This document shows positions 1 to 9,026 of a DNA stretch of 64,000 bases, in pieces (positions within the stretch are counted from its first letter, which is position 1; each line of letters begins with the position of its first letter). The notes under the pieces were generated by a model, which was given only the letters and a program-made list of their open reading frames with translations, did not search any database and had not been told where the DNA came from. The stretch is from Candidatus Melainabacteria bacterium 17Bon1m (GTDB taxonomy: Bacteria > Cyanobacteriota > Vampirovibrionia > Obscuribacterales > Obscuribacteraceae): positions 800,001-864,000 of the forward strand of contig JAVLKG010000001.1 of the NCBI GenBank assembly GCA_032128875.1. The letters are read 5' to 3'. Both the position numbers and the translations under genes were made by a program.

Positions 1-203
1 CTCAGTACGTCCGCGCAATCAGCGACCACCCAGAATATCGTCAAACGCCTCCTATCGGTAGCGGAATGAGCTATTCGCAACTGAAGCAAAACAACATGAA
101 CGTCGTTAACCAGCTTGCTCAACAGCGTTATGCACAGCGCACTCAGCAAGGCGGAGTAGATGGCTACCCGCGCCTGGGCGGCAATCCCGGCGGTCGCTTC
201 TAA
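1..203 (+). CDS. 3' end of a CDS entering from upstream (hypothetical; Q/G-rich C-terminus ...GGVDGYPRLGGNPGGRF*)
   Basis: Frame starting at base 3 is open to TAA at 201-203 (translated manually); followed by repeats and palindromes typical of a 3' region. Confidence 0.7.
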   Translation, partial: QYVRAISDHPEYRQTPPIGSGMSYSQLKQNNMNVVNQLAQQRYAQRTQQGGVDGYPRLGGNPGGRF

Positions 204-209
204 AGCGAA

Positions 210-245
210 CTACTGAATCAAGATCTACTGAATCAAGATCTACTG
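210..245. repeat. 15-bp tandem repeat (CTACTGAATCAAGAT x ~2.4)
   Basis: Directly visible exact repeat just after the stop codon. Confidence 0.9.
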
Positions 246-269
246 TAGGGTCGACGCCATGCGTCGACC
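242..269 (+). repeat. GTAG-type REP-like palindrome ACTGTAGGGTCGACGCCATGCGTCGACC
   Basis: GTAG tetranucleotide followed by GGTCGACGC/GCGTCGACC hairpin; 27/28 identical copy at 8895-8922. Confidence 0.8.
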
Positions 270-295
270 TTCTGTATGAGCGGTTTCGTGCTCCG

Positions 296-361
296 GCGGG
301 GCATGTATCCTTGCTCCGGACGGATGCAAGCATAGTCCTTCGCTCGGACACCATGCCCCGC
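296..361. repeat. 10-bp perfect inverted repeat (GCGGGGCATG...CATGCCCCGC)
   Basis: Arms at 296-305 and 352-361. Confidence 0.75.
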
Positions 362-374
362 ATGTCTAGCTACG

Positions 375-436
375 GCCTGTTAATGCAGCCTCTTAATGCC
401 GCCTCTTAACGCAGCCCGTTAATGCAGCCCGTTAAC
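375..436. repeat. 13-bp degenerate tandem repeat (approx. GCCYSTTAAYGCA x ~4.5)
   Basis: tgttaatgcagcc/tcttaatgccgcc/tcttaacgcagcc/cgttaatgcagcc/cgttaac. Confidence 0.85.
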
Positions 437-460
437 CGTCTGTTTTCAACACTTCAACCA

Positions 461-627
461 TGTAACAAAAATCTGGAAAGTATTACATTCCCTGAAGAAT
501 CCAACGCCCAACCTGTGCGGGTTTTGCTAAATGTGTAAAACGTTTTCCCTCTCCCCTCTTTTGAAAAACCGCATGGGCGCCGGTCTTGTTGCTTGATGCC
601 TGTAACAAAAATCTAGAAAAATGTTAC
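461..627. promoter_or_regulatory. Pair of 27-bp operator-like sites (TGTAACAAAAATCT.GAAA...TTAC) 140 bp apart
   Basis: Sites at 461-487 and 601-627 share their first 14 nt exactly and have GTAA...TTAC dyad ends; function inferred. Confidence 0.45.
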
Positions 628-740
628 CGATACCATGCGCGTAAACGGCTGTAGTCTCAGACGAAAAATGATCCGCGCGCACGGCATGCCTCCAGAATTA
701 ATGCGCGATCTCGCAAAAATAATCTACGCGACGCGCTCGT

Positions 741-855
741 CGAGCGAAAAATTTATCCGCACTTCGAGCGAAATTTATCTGCGCTGCGGGCGAAATTTAT
801 CTGCGCTGCGAGCGAAATTTATCTGCATCGCGAGTCGAAATTTATTCGCAACGAG
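741..855. repeat. ~22-bp direct tandem repeat (CGAGCGAAATTTATCTGCGCTG x ~5), iteron-like
   Basis: Units start at 741, 765, 787, 809 and 831; more degenerate copies upstream from ~660. Confidence 0.85.
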
Positions 856-1096
856 AAAAGTGACCTCGCAATTTGTCTTTTGCCTGACGTTTTTAATGCG
901 TCTGAAAAGGCGATTTCTAGTCGTCGCTTTTGTCCCAAAACCCCGAATTTAACGCGCTTTTCGTAGTTCCCCCACAAACAAACATCCCAACCATGGGAAT
1001 TACCCCACCAAAGTGGGAGAAACCCTGATTTACCCATGGTGGAGAAAGTCTTAATGTATATCTAGATTGGACCGCTAACACCCCGGCAAATTGGCA

Positions 1097-1834
1097 ATGC
1101 AAGACATCTACAAGCAATTCGAAAACTTCATTCTCCAGACGGTTTCAGTGCAATGCCCTGAATGCGAAGTAGTCTTCGCAACCGACATGCTGGCGCACAC
1201 GCCCAACATGACGAAGGACACACCGGTTGAAACCGACCTGCACCGCATTCTTCCGCATCCATCGGTGCGTGCTGCTCTGATCGCAATGTGCCCGGCATGC
1301 CTGTACACCAACTGGTACAGCTCGTTTGTGGAAGATTCGTTGATTCCCTTCATGGCAGTCGCACCTGCTGAAGTCGCGTTCTCCAAGAAGTTTGCACACG
1401 CTGTTCTCACCGGTCGCAAGATCGGTGCTCACCATATCGACCGCGCGCTTTTCGCGCTCAACGGCTCCTGGTGCGCACGCGAGGCCGGCGAGCCCTTCGA
1501 GAAGTGGCTCGAGCTGGCTGGGCAAGAACTGGAAGCCGCCCTCGCCGATGAATCTTGGACAGGCAACCGCAGCAGATACCAGTACATCATGGGTGAAATC
1601 TGCAGACTGTTAGGCGATTTCCACGGCGCGGTAAGACATTACAACCAGGTCGATCGCAAATCACAGCTTCCGAAATCGCTAGTCGATCACCAAAGACAAG
1701 AGGCAATCAACGGCAATTCCAAGCCAGTTCAGCTGCCTCCAGAATACGTCGAAGCAATATTCTTCCCAAAACCAATCAATCTCGACGAACTCCTTGGACC
1801 AATGCCTCAGACAAACGAACTGAAAACATCGTAA
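1097..1834 (+). CDS. DUF2225-like protein (two CxxC Zn-binding motifs plus TPR-like helical C-terminus)
   Basis: CPEC...TDL...CPAC.Y pattern and YIMGEICRLLGDFHGAVRHY TPR-like helix; ATG at 1097 (TTG at 1091 alternative). Confidence 0.7.
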   Translation: MQDIYKQFENFILQTVSVQCPECEVVFATDMLAHTPNMTKDTPVETDLHRILPHPSVRAALIAMCPACLYTNWYSSFVEDSLIPFMAVAPAEVAFSKKFAHAVLTGRKIGAHHIDRALFALNGSWCAREAGEPFEKWLELAGQELEAALADESWTGNRSRYQYIMGEICRLLGDFHGAVRHYNQVDRKSQLPKSLVDHQRQEAINGNSKPVQLPPEYVEAIFFPKPINLDELLGPMPQTNELKTS

Positions 1835-1858
1835 AACTAAAGAAGGCCAATCTAAACT

Positions 1859-1902
1859 AAGAATAGAAACAAAGAATAAAAACGAAGAATAGAAACAAAG
1901 AC
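1859..1902. repeat. 13-bp A-rich tandem repeat (AAGAATAGAAACA x ~3)
   Basis: Visible in the intergenic spacer. Confidence 0.8.
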
Positions 1903-1918
1903 TGAGTAGACGAAAGAA

Positions 1919-2257
1919 ATGGAAGACATCACACCACTTAACCTAGAAGATGCACCAAAGCTGTTCGGCTTACGCTATGACCAGCTCATCGCGCTTCTTG
2001 CCGGATTGATCGTTTCCACCCAGCTCTATTCCTGGCTGAATCCAATCATGGTCGGCTCCCAAGACATCAGGCTCCATATCTCGCTGATTATCGGCGCCTT
2101 CGGTCCCATCTACTGCTTGTTCACCCTCAATCATTCAAGCGGTTACTGGGAAACAGTTCTCAATCATTACGTTTCATCGCAAGTGTACGTTCCTGGCCCG
2201 GATCCGAATCCGGTCCGCTTTTTGGTAGACGAAGACCTTATCGATTTTTGTGAGTAA
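1919..2257 (+). CDS. PrgI/VirB3-like small membrane protein
   Basis: 112 aa; N-terminal P.NL....KLFGL...QL motif typical of PrgI; two hydrophobic segments; overlaps the start of the VirB4-like gene. Confidence 0.7.
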   Translation: MEDITPLNLEDAPKLFGLRYDQLIALLAGLIVSTQLYSWLNPIMVGSQDIRLHISLIIGAFGPIYCLFTLNHSSGYWETVLNHYVSSQVYVPGPDPNPVRFLVDEDLIDFCE

Positions 2258-5069
2258 ATCACCTATGTCATCGGCAATCACCCGCTCCTACAGCAAAGAA
2301 AACGGACTTTTGGGTCTCTTCAAAAGAAACTCGAACCCGGAAGGTGGATTGAGCAAAGAAGCTCAAGCCAAACTTCCTGCACTGGCAGTGCCGAGAGCAC
2401 ATCCATCGGCTGCCGGTCTCATCCCAATTTGGGACTTGTTTCATGATGACGATTCCGGTCTCGGCGTTATCGTTCTCAAAGATGGCAGCTACCGCTGCTG
2501 TTTCGAAGTAGATGGCGTGCACGTGAGCGGCTTCGACGAAATCCGTCTGGTTTCTTTGATGAACCACTTCACCGGATTCTTGAATGGTATCGATACATCA
2601 GTCCAACTCACCGTTGTTTGCCACAACATCAGTAAGCGTGATTATTTCGCAAAGCACCCAGTAGAGGTCGTAAACGATGATTTCCTCAAGTATGTCGCAC
2701 GAGTTGTCGAAAACGATGAAGCTTTCCTTCTCTCCAAAAACTTCGTGCCTGAGCTCAAGTTCTTTGTCACTTTCTGCTACAGACCACCTCGCGAAAAGCC
2801 AGCCAAAGAGAACATGGTCGACTCGACAGTCCGCCGCGTGCTCGATGTCTTCACCAACCAGGCCGCTCGCCAGACTGTAGGCGCTCACTTCAAGAACGTC
2901 ACTACGCTCATTCAACGCTCCTTCGGTTATGCCGGTCAGCTGGGCAATTGCGGTATGAGCGCTCGCCCAATTGGAGCAGTCGAATACTTCCACATGCTCT
3001 ACAAAGAGCTCAATCCGAAATTTGGACAAGACCAAGAAGAGTTCTTGCCGATGCCGCAGCGTCCCAAGACCAAGCCGCTTCCGAGTGGTCTGCGCCGCGT
3101 TTTCCCTGACATGGAGCCAGCCTCCATCAGAGAGCAGTTAGTCGAATCGAGATATGACTTCAGCAAGCCTGACTATGTGACCATCGACGACTATACTGAA
3201 ATTGACTCCGACAATCATAATGAAGAGCCGGGTCGCTATGTCCGTACTCTTTATATGAATCGCTTGCCTGAGCGCACCGGTCCGCTCTGGCTGCAGCCTT
3301 TGCTTCGCTTGAACTGCAACTGGAGACTGAACATCTACGCTCACAAGCTGGACAAAGAAGTCTTCCGCAAACAACTGCAACGCAAACAAGCCCAGGCTCA
3401 CGCCAACACCTATCAAGGAATCATGGGACCGCGCTCTGCACCTAACCAGGAAGAAGCGGAAAAGGCGCAAGAAGCAGCCAACATCGGCTCCGAACTCTAT
3501 ACGACCAACGTTGAAGTTTTCAATTACGCCGTTTATTTCACCATGATGGGCGACACTTTGGACGAGCTGAACCGCTCGACCGAACTCGTCAGAACCGCAG
3601 GCGCTCAGTGCCGCGGCGCTCGCTTCATCGTCGGCTATCACGAGCAAAAGAGTTTGTTCGTCGGCAGCTTGCCTGGTCTGGGTATTGATGTAACCCGCCG
3701 CGGCAAGATTGCAAGAACACCCACGGTGCGCAACTCATTCCCGTTTGTTCATGCCAAACTCGGCTCTGAAGACGGCGACTGGTTGGGCTTCTCGAAAGAG
3801 ACTCTCGAGCCTGTGTTCTTGAATCCGTACAACGAAAAACTTCCAAACGCTCTCTGCATCGTCTTCGGTCAACCTGGTGAAGGTAAATCCATGGTTGCCC
3901 AGCAGATCATTCAGATGAAGACGCTCGCCGGCGCTAAGTCGATCATTATTGACCGTTCTGGTTCATACAAAATGCTTACCGAAGTCTATGACGACTCGGC
4001 GTATATCAAACTCGGTCCGGACGGCTCCGTCTGCTTGAACCTGTACGATTTACCTCTGGAAGGCGTCGACGGCAAGCCGATCGATCCAGCCAATCCACCA
4101 GAATCGCACATCATCAAGATCTTGAACTTCCACTCCGTCATGCTGGGCGAAAAGGGCGAACAAGCTCTCACCAAAGATGAAAAGCCGGTTCTTATGCAAG
4201 GCATCCAGTCGATCTATCGTCTGGCTGCAGAGCAAGGTCGCATTCCGATCGAGTCTGATCTCGTCGCCTGGTTGCAAACTGAGTCCATCAATACACAAAA
4301 CACCAAGCGCCGCGAAACCTGTGAAGACCTCGCCAACCGCTTGAGCCTCTACTGCCGTGGAGCAATCTTCGGCAAATTGTTCGACGGACCGACCTCGCTT
4401 CCGCTCGATGCGCAGATCATGGTTTTCGACACGTCCGAATTGGCGCACGACAAAACTCTCGAAGCTGTAGTAACACTCTTCGTTTCCGACTTTGTTCTGC
4501 GTCGCGCTCAACAGCACAAAGCCGAGCAAATGAAGAAAGGTCAACCTTCCCGCTTCGTTTTCTGCATAGACGAGTTGTGGAGACTGCTGCGCTACGAAGG
4601 CGGCAAGACCTTGGTTGAAGATGCTTCCCGCACCAGCCGACACTTAGGTCTACTCTTCATCGGTATCTCTCAAGAATTGGGTGACCTTTTGAGAGATGAC
4701 AGAGCACGTACTTTGGCTTCCAACAGTTCTATCAAGATCATCCTCGGTAACGACCCGAGCAACTTCGATCTTATTCGTGATGCTTGCGGTTTGACACCAC
4801 AAGAAATGTCCGCGATTGCTCACTTGACCCGTAAGAACCGTGAGTATTCCGATGCATTTCTCGTCTATCACAAGCTCTCACGTGGTGTTGTAAAACTGGT
4901 TGTGCCGCGTTTTATGTACTGGGTAGCAACGACTGAGCCGAACAACGACCAGCCGATGCGCGCCAAGATGATGGAAAAATGTGGCGGCGACCCGCGCTGG
5001 GCATGCCACTTGCTCGGACAGGGCTACCACCCTGACACCGTGCCGGAGCATCTGCTCACACCGCAATAA
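2250..5069 (+). CDS. virB4: VirB4/TraE-like type IV secretion ATPase
   Basis: 939 aa; Walker A GQPGEGKS, IIIDRSGSY, Walker B FCIDELW, RTSRHLG...ISQE; preceded by PrgI-like gene. Confidence 0.88.
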   Translation: MSKSPMSSAITRSYSKENGLLGLFKRNSNPEGGLSKEAQAKLPALAVPRAHPSAAGLIPIWDLFHDDDSGLGVIVLKDGSYRCCFEVDGVHVSGFDEIRLVSLMNHFTGFLNGIDTSVQLTVVCHNISKRDYFAKHPVEVVNDDFLKYVARVVENDEAFLLSKNFVPELKFFVTFCYRPPREKPAKENMVDSTVRRVLDVFTNQAARQTVGAHFKNVTTLIQRSFGYAGQLGNCGMSARPIGAVEYFHMLYKELNPKFGQDQEEFLPMPQRPKTKPLPSGLRRVFPDMEPASIREQLVESRYDFSKPDYVTIDDYTEIDSDNHNEEPGRYVRTLYMNRLPERTGPLWLQPLLRLNCNWRLNIYAHKLDKEVFRKQLQRKQAQAHANTYQGIMGPRSAPNQEEAEKAQEAANIGSELYTTNVEVFNYAVYFTMMGDTLDELNRSTELVRTAGAQCRGARFIVGYHEQKSLFVGSLPGLGIDVTRRGKIARTPTVRNSFPFVHAKLGSEDGDWLGFSKETLEPVFLNPYNEKLPNALCIVFGQPGEGKSMVAQQIIQMKTLAGAKSIIIDRSGSYKMLTEVYDDSAYIKLGPDGSVCLNLYDLPLEGVDGKPIDPANPPESHIIKILNFHSVMLGEKGEQALTKDEKPVLMQGIQSIYRLAAEQGRIPIESDLVAWLQTESINTQNTKRRETCEDLANRLSLYCRGAIFGKLFDGPTSLPLDAQIMVFDTSELAHDKTLEAVVTLFVSDFVLRRAQQHKAEQMKKGQPSRFVFCIDELWRLLRYEGGKTLVEDASRTSRHLGLLFIGISQELGDLLRDDRARTLASNSSIKIILGNDPSNFDLIRDACGLTPQEMSAIAHLTRKNREYSDAFLVYHKLSRGVVKLVVPRFMYWVATTEPNNDQPMRAKMMEKCGGDPRWACHLLGQGYHPDTVPEHLLTPQ

Positions 5070-5117
5070 CTGCGCACAAATTCAAAGTTCTAAAAATCAG
5101 ATAACAGGTTCAAGACA

Positions 5118-5777
5118 ATGTTCGACTATCAAGCAGGAGAAAAATACAAACTGACACTAATCATGGTGGCAATCGCCGGCATGATGGCAGGGATGTTTTT
5201 CACAGTTCTGTTGATGCCGACCCCGGAGCCTGCTCAAGCTCGCAAGCGTGCACGTCAGCCCTGGATGGACAATCCGGATGTGACTGGCGGACGCACGCCC
5301 GCACCTGGCGCTGCACAAGCTGCCGGAGCTCCAACCGAGCTGCAGCAAAAAGCACAAGCCGCGGCAATGGCTCAACCAGCTATCAAAACTGACCCTGTTA
5401 CTGCACAAACTCTCGTCGAAAAATGGCTGCCATTTGCATTCGACTTGAGTTCTGGTTCTGCCAACGACAGCCAGGAAAAGGCTATCGCCTGCATGACTCC
5501 TGAATGCGCTCAGTCTTATAGACAAAGTGTTTGGACTCCGGAAGTTGCACAGCAAATTGCCGCATCCGGAATGAAGAGCAGTTTCCGCGCCACCAAAGTG
5601 ATCGCCGGTGCCCACCAAACTGACGGCTCTATCGTCATTACAGTGGAAGGCGAACAGATTCTCTCACCACCCGACCAACCATCAAGACAACGTAACGTTA
5701 AATTCGAGTACCTACTTAAGCAGACAACGGACGGTATGAAGATTTGCGGAATCAGCGAAGTCGGCGCTGGTGGCTAG
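5118..5777 (+). CDS. Bitopic membrane protein with probable NTF2-like (VirB8/TcpC-like) domain
   Basis: One N-terminal TM, P/A/Q linker, then helices followed by beta strands; lies between VirB4 and VirD4; fold is inferred. Confidence 0.55.
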   Translation: MFDYQAGEKYKLTLIMVAIAGMMAGMFFTVLLMPTPEPAQARKRARQPWMDNPDVTGGRTPAPGAAQAAGAPTELQQKAQAAAMAQPAIKTDPVTAQTLVEKWLPFAFDLSSGSANDSQEKAIACMTPECAQSYRQSVWTPEVAQQIAASGMKSSFRATKVIAGAHQTDGSIVITVEGEQILSPPDQPSRQRNVKFEYLLKQTTDGMKICGISEVGAGG

Positions 5778-5810
5778 TTTCAGCCTTTAGATGTTCTTGA
5801 AGGGCTGAAA
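5778..5810. terminator. Hairpin after VirB8-like gene (TTTCAGCCTT...AAGGGCTGAAA)
   Basis: Inverted repeat starting right after the stop codon; no strong + strand U-tract. Confidence 0.45.
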
Positions 5811-5943
5811 GCGTTAATCGCGATTGCATGCGGGAAACCGCATACTTTGCGCGAAACACGAATGAAATTCTGAGCAGAAATATCTAATATATCGGTCAAG
5901 ATGGCCGTTTAGCAGCCGAAAATCGGCTTAAAGGGACAAAGAA

Positions 5944-8895
5944 ATGGGTTTTAAAGCACAGATTGACGAAACGGGGCACATCACCCGGTACAAAGATACC
6001 GACACCGGTGAAGTGATTAGCGCCAAGGAATACGCCAGGCGCGCGCAGATGGTGCAGATGCCTGCCTATTCGCCTTACCCGTCGATGCAGACGGGGCAAC
6101 CCATGATGATGGCTCCGGCGCCGATGTACGCTGGTCAGCCGGGTGCGGCCAATGCCTATCCGGTTCAGCAAACCCAGACTGGACGTCCTATCGGGCAAGA
6201 CCTCAGCCAACATCTAATCAATCAAGGAATTCAGCAAGCCCCGCAACCAATGCCCGTGCAAGCCATGCCTATGCAGGCAATGCCCATGCAAGGACAAAAC
6301 CCGCTCATGCAGCCCGGAGCGCAAATGCTCGGTGCCAACGGCGGTATGCCTGTAAATTTGAACAGCACTGCCAACGGCAGCCCGCCCACGGCCGGTATGA
6401 ATATTCAAGGCAAAAACCTGCGCATGGAAGGCGTGCCTGGTGCATCACAGCGCGGACACGGTGGTTTGCCTGTTGCCCATAAGTCCGGACACGGTTTCTT
6501 GGACGCAACCTCAATCGCAATCTTGCTGCCGACTCTCGTTTTGCTCGCATTGATTATCGCTGCGGCGCACAAGAAGAGACTCTTCCCATGGCAAACAATC
6601 CGCACGTTCAATCCTCCGTCCGGTCTCATGACCCCGCGCGATTACGAGCGTTCATTTGTATGTCCGCCCAACCTGCGTCGTCACGGACGTTTGGGCAAGA
6701 AAAATCCGAATTCCAGTTGGACGGAAGTCGACGGAGTCGTTATTCCGTTTGGCTTCCTGGCAAGAACTCACTTGCCCGTCACCATTCCGATGGGACGCCT
6801 GCCTAACAAAAACATGTTCATCGTAGCGCCATCCGGTTCCGGTAAAACGACCTTGATGCGGTCTATCATGAAAGCCCTCATGGCTAAGCCCTGCGTTATC
6901 ATCGCACTGGAAGCGAAAGCCAACGATCCAAACTTGGACGAAAAGAAAGAAGGCTTCAAGTATTCAGTATTGCCTGAAGCGCAACACGCTGGATTCGACA
7001 CTCTCTACTTCAACCCGTTGGATGACGAGTCGGTGCATTGGAATCCGCTCGATCTCGATCCGATTGTGTTCGCATCTTCAATCTGCCAAGACGTCAACTC
7101 ACTTCCACCGGAAGAACAACACTGGGCAGAGCGCGACCATGGATACATTCACGGTCTGGCACAAATTCTCGCCTGGGGCGCAGTGCAAGTCACAGCCGAA
7201 GACGAGAATGGCTCGCCGTCCGAATTCACAGCATTGCCGCGCAACCCGCGTGGTTTGATGAAACTCGTCAACAATCGCCGCAATATCGTTGAATCTCTGA
7301 GAAGACTGAAGTCTAATCCGGAAGTGGAAACGGCAGAGCTGAGCGAATTGACGCAGAAGATGTCGTCCATCATCCGTACGGATAGTGACTGGGATAAAAA
7401 CATCCAGGGCATTCGTGGACGTCTTCGAATGTTCAACAACAAGCAAGTTATGCGCGTGACCGAGCAGTCGAACATCGACATCAAGGCAGCGATGATGCGC
7501 CCAACAGTGCTCATCTTCGGTGCTCCAGCCTCGATGGGTCCTGACGCAGAATCATTGGCATCGTGCTTCGTGTACACACTGCAACAAGCATTGCACACCA
7601 GATACGGTACCAAGACCGCCCTCCCGTTGTTTGCGTTCTTCGATGAATACCAAACATTGAACCTCGACATAGCCGGCAGATTGTCCGCTATCGTCCGTGG
7701 TGCTAACGGCGGATTGACCGTTATCTTGCAGAACATCTCACAGATCGCCAACTCCGCTGGAGCCACAGGCGACTCAAGTCAGTCCGGTATGTCCGAACTG
7801 AAGACAATCTTCTCCAACAGTGCTGTACGCGTATGCTTGCACAACGCTGACGAAACGACTGCCAAATTCTTCTCAGAAGAAATCGGCAAACACGCCGTCA
7901 TCGTCCCTGGTATAGCCGACCACTACGCTGCGACAGGATTCGGCATCTTCCCGAATTCATGGAACAAGATCCACTCGCAGCAGGTAGTAGCTCGGGTCGA
8001 CCCAGACTCCATCAAACGCATGGAAAAGCAGCACGCACTCGTGTTCTTGTCTCCAGCCGGTGACGCCGAATTCGGTGAATGCAAGCCGATGATGGTTGAC
8101 CTGCGCGGTATTGAAGAAATCGCAAGACTCCACCTCTTGCACAACGTTTCAAGACGCGGCGCATCGCCAGCTGCAGAAGCAGCCGGTCCGGACGGAACGA
8201 CTCCAAACAGTCCGATTCCCGGAGCACCACCTGCTCCACAAATGCCGGAAGGCGCGGTGCCGATGTTTGCTCGCGGACTCGGTCAAGCACAAGCGTTCGC
8301 TCAAGAACTCGTGCCGGAAAATTTCGCACCAGCTCCAGAGCAGCAAGTAGCTTACGCAGAACCTGCACAATACGCTCAACCAGCCGCAGCAGCCCAACAC
8401 GCTCCCGCCGCTCAAGTTGCAGCATCGGCAAGAATCTGCCCAGCCTGCGGCAAAGAAGCCGGCCAACGCAAGTTCTGCATCGAGTGCGGACACTTCATGG
8501 GCGTTCCACAAGCACCAGTTGAGCAAGCTCAGCCGCAAGTGGAATTGGCGACATCAGCCGCCATCGTTCAACCGCAGCATGCTGCCGAAGCTCCAAGCAA
8601 CGCACCGCCATTCCCGAGCTTTGCTCGCCAAGCAACCGGCGGTAGTCGCTCAGCACTTCTCGAAAGTCCGCAAGCAATTGCTGATGCAGCGCAAACCAGC
8701 TACGCGCAGCCGGCAGCGCCGGAGCAGCAACAAGCTGCACCGCAAGCACCTGCAACCAATCCGAAGAGTCCGTTCCAAAGAAAGCCGATGACTAGCTTCA
8801 GCCCTGACGTTAGCCGCTTTGGATTCACGCCTCCCGGAGTGGAAGCGCAGCCGCAACAAGGTCAAGGACAGAACCCATCTCAAGTTGAGTTCTAA
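5944..8895 (+). CDS. virD4: VirD4/TraG-like type IV coupling protein with Q/P/M-rich N-terminus and Zn-ribbon-containing C-terminal tail
   Basis: Single TM; Walker A APSGSGKT; SVHWNPLD; Walker B FFDEY; LQNISQI...IFSN...TAKFFSEEIG (TraG/D C-terminal signature); CPACG...FCIECG. Confidence 0.85.
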   Translation: MGFKAQIDETGHITRYKDTDTGEVISAKEYARRAQMVQMPAYSPYPSMQTGQPMMMAPAPMYAGQPGAANAYPVQQTQTGRPIGQDLSQHLINQGIQQAPQPMPVQAMPMQAMPMQGQNPLMQPGAQMLGANGGMPVNLNSTANGSPPTAGMNIQGKNLRMEGVPGASQRGHGGLPVAHKSGHGFLDATSIAILLPTLVLLALIIAAAHKKRLFPWQTIRTFNPPSGLMTPRDYERSFVCPPNLRRHGRLGKKNPNSSWTEVDGVVIPFGFLARTHLPVTIPMGRLPNKNMFIVAPSGSGKTTLMRSIMKALMAKPCVIIALEAKANDPNLDEKKEGFKYSVLPEAQHAGFDTLYFNPLDDESVHWNPLDLDPIVFASSICQDVNSLPPEEQHWAERDHGYIHGLAQILAWGAVQVTAEDENGSPSEFTALPRNPRGLMKLVNNRRNIVESLRRLKSNPEVETAELSELTQKMSSIIRTDSDWDKNIQGIRGRLRMFNNKQVMRVTEQSNIDIKAAMMRPTVLIFGAPASMGPDAESLASCFVYTLQQALHTRYGTKTALPLFAFFDEYQTLNLDIAGRLSAIVRGANGGLTVILQNISQIANSAGATGDSSQSGMSELKTIFSNSAVRVCLHNADETTAKFFSEEIGKHAVIVPGIADHYAATGFGIFPNSWNKIHSQQVVARVDPDSIKRMEKQHALVFLSPAGDAEFGECKPMMVDLRGIEEIARLHLLHNVSRRGASPAAEAAGPDGTTPNSPIPGAPPAPQMPEGAVPMFARGLGQAQAFAQELVPENFAPAPEQQVAYAEPAQYAQPAAAAQHAPAAQVAASARICPACGKEAGQRKFCIECGHFMGVPQAPVEQAQPQVELATSAAIVQPQHAAEAPSNAPPFPSFARQATGGSRSALLESPQAIADAAQTSYAQPAAPEQQQAAPQAPATNPKSPFQRKPMTSFSPDVSRFGFTPPGVEAQPQQGQGQNPSQVEF

Positions 8896-8922
8896 CTGTA
8901 GGGTCGATGCCATGCGTCGACC
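8895..8922 (+). repeat. GTAG-type REP-like palindrome (copy of 242-269)
   Basis: ACTGTAGGGTCGATGCCATGCGTCGACC; one mismatch to the copy at 242. Confidence 0.8.
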
Positions 8923-9026
8923 GGTAAGAAATTGATCGACACCTGATGTCGTCTCAATAGTTCAAAAAGTATTCTGTCGATTGCACACTCAATGCAATCG
9001 ACAGTTTGTTTTTGTAGTTGGTCCTG

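Noticed and set aside
741-855. Possible CRISPR array
   Set aside because: Repeats are head-to-tail with no unique spacers, and no cas genes are in the window
635-952. 105-aa ORF (and the opposite-strand ORFs 106-363, 819-1037, 917-1117)
   Set aside because: They translate through tandem repeats and palindromes, with no convincing RBS or protein-like composition
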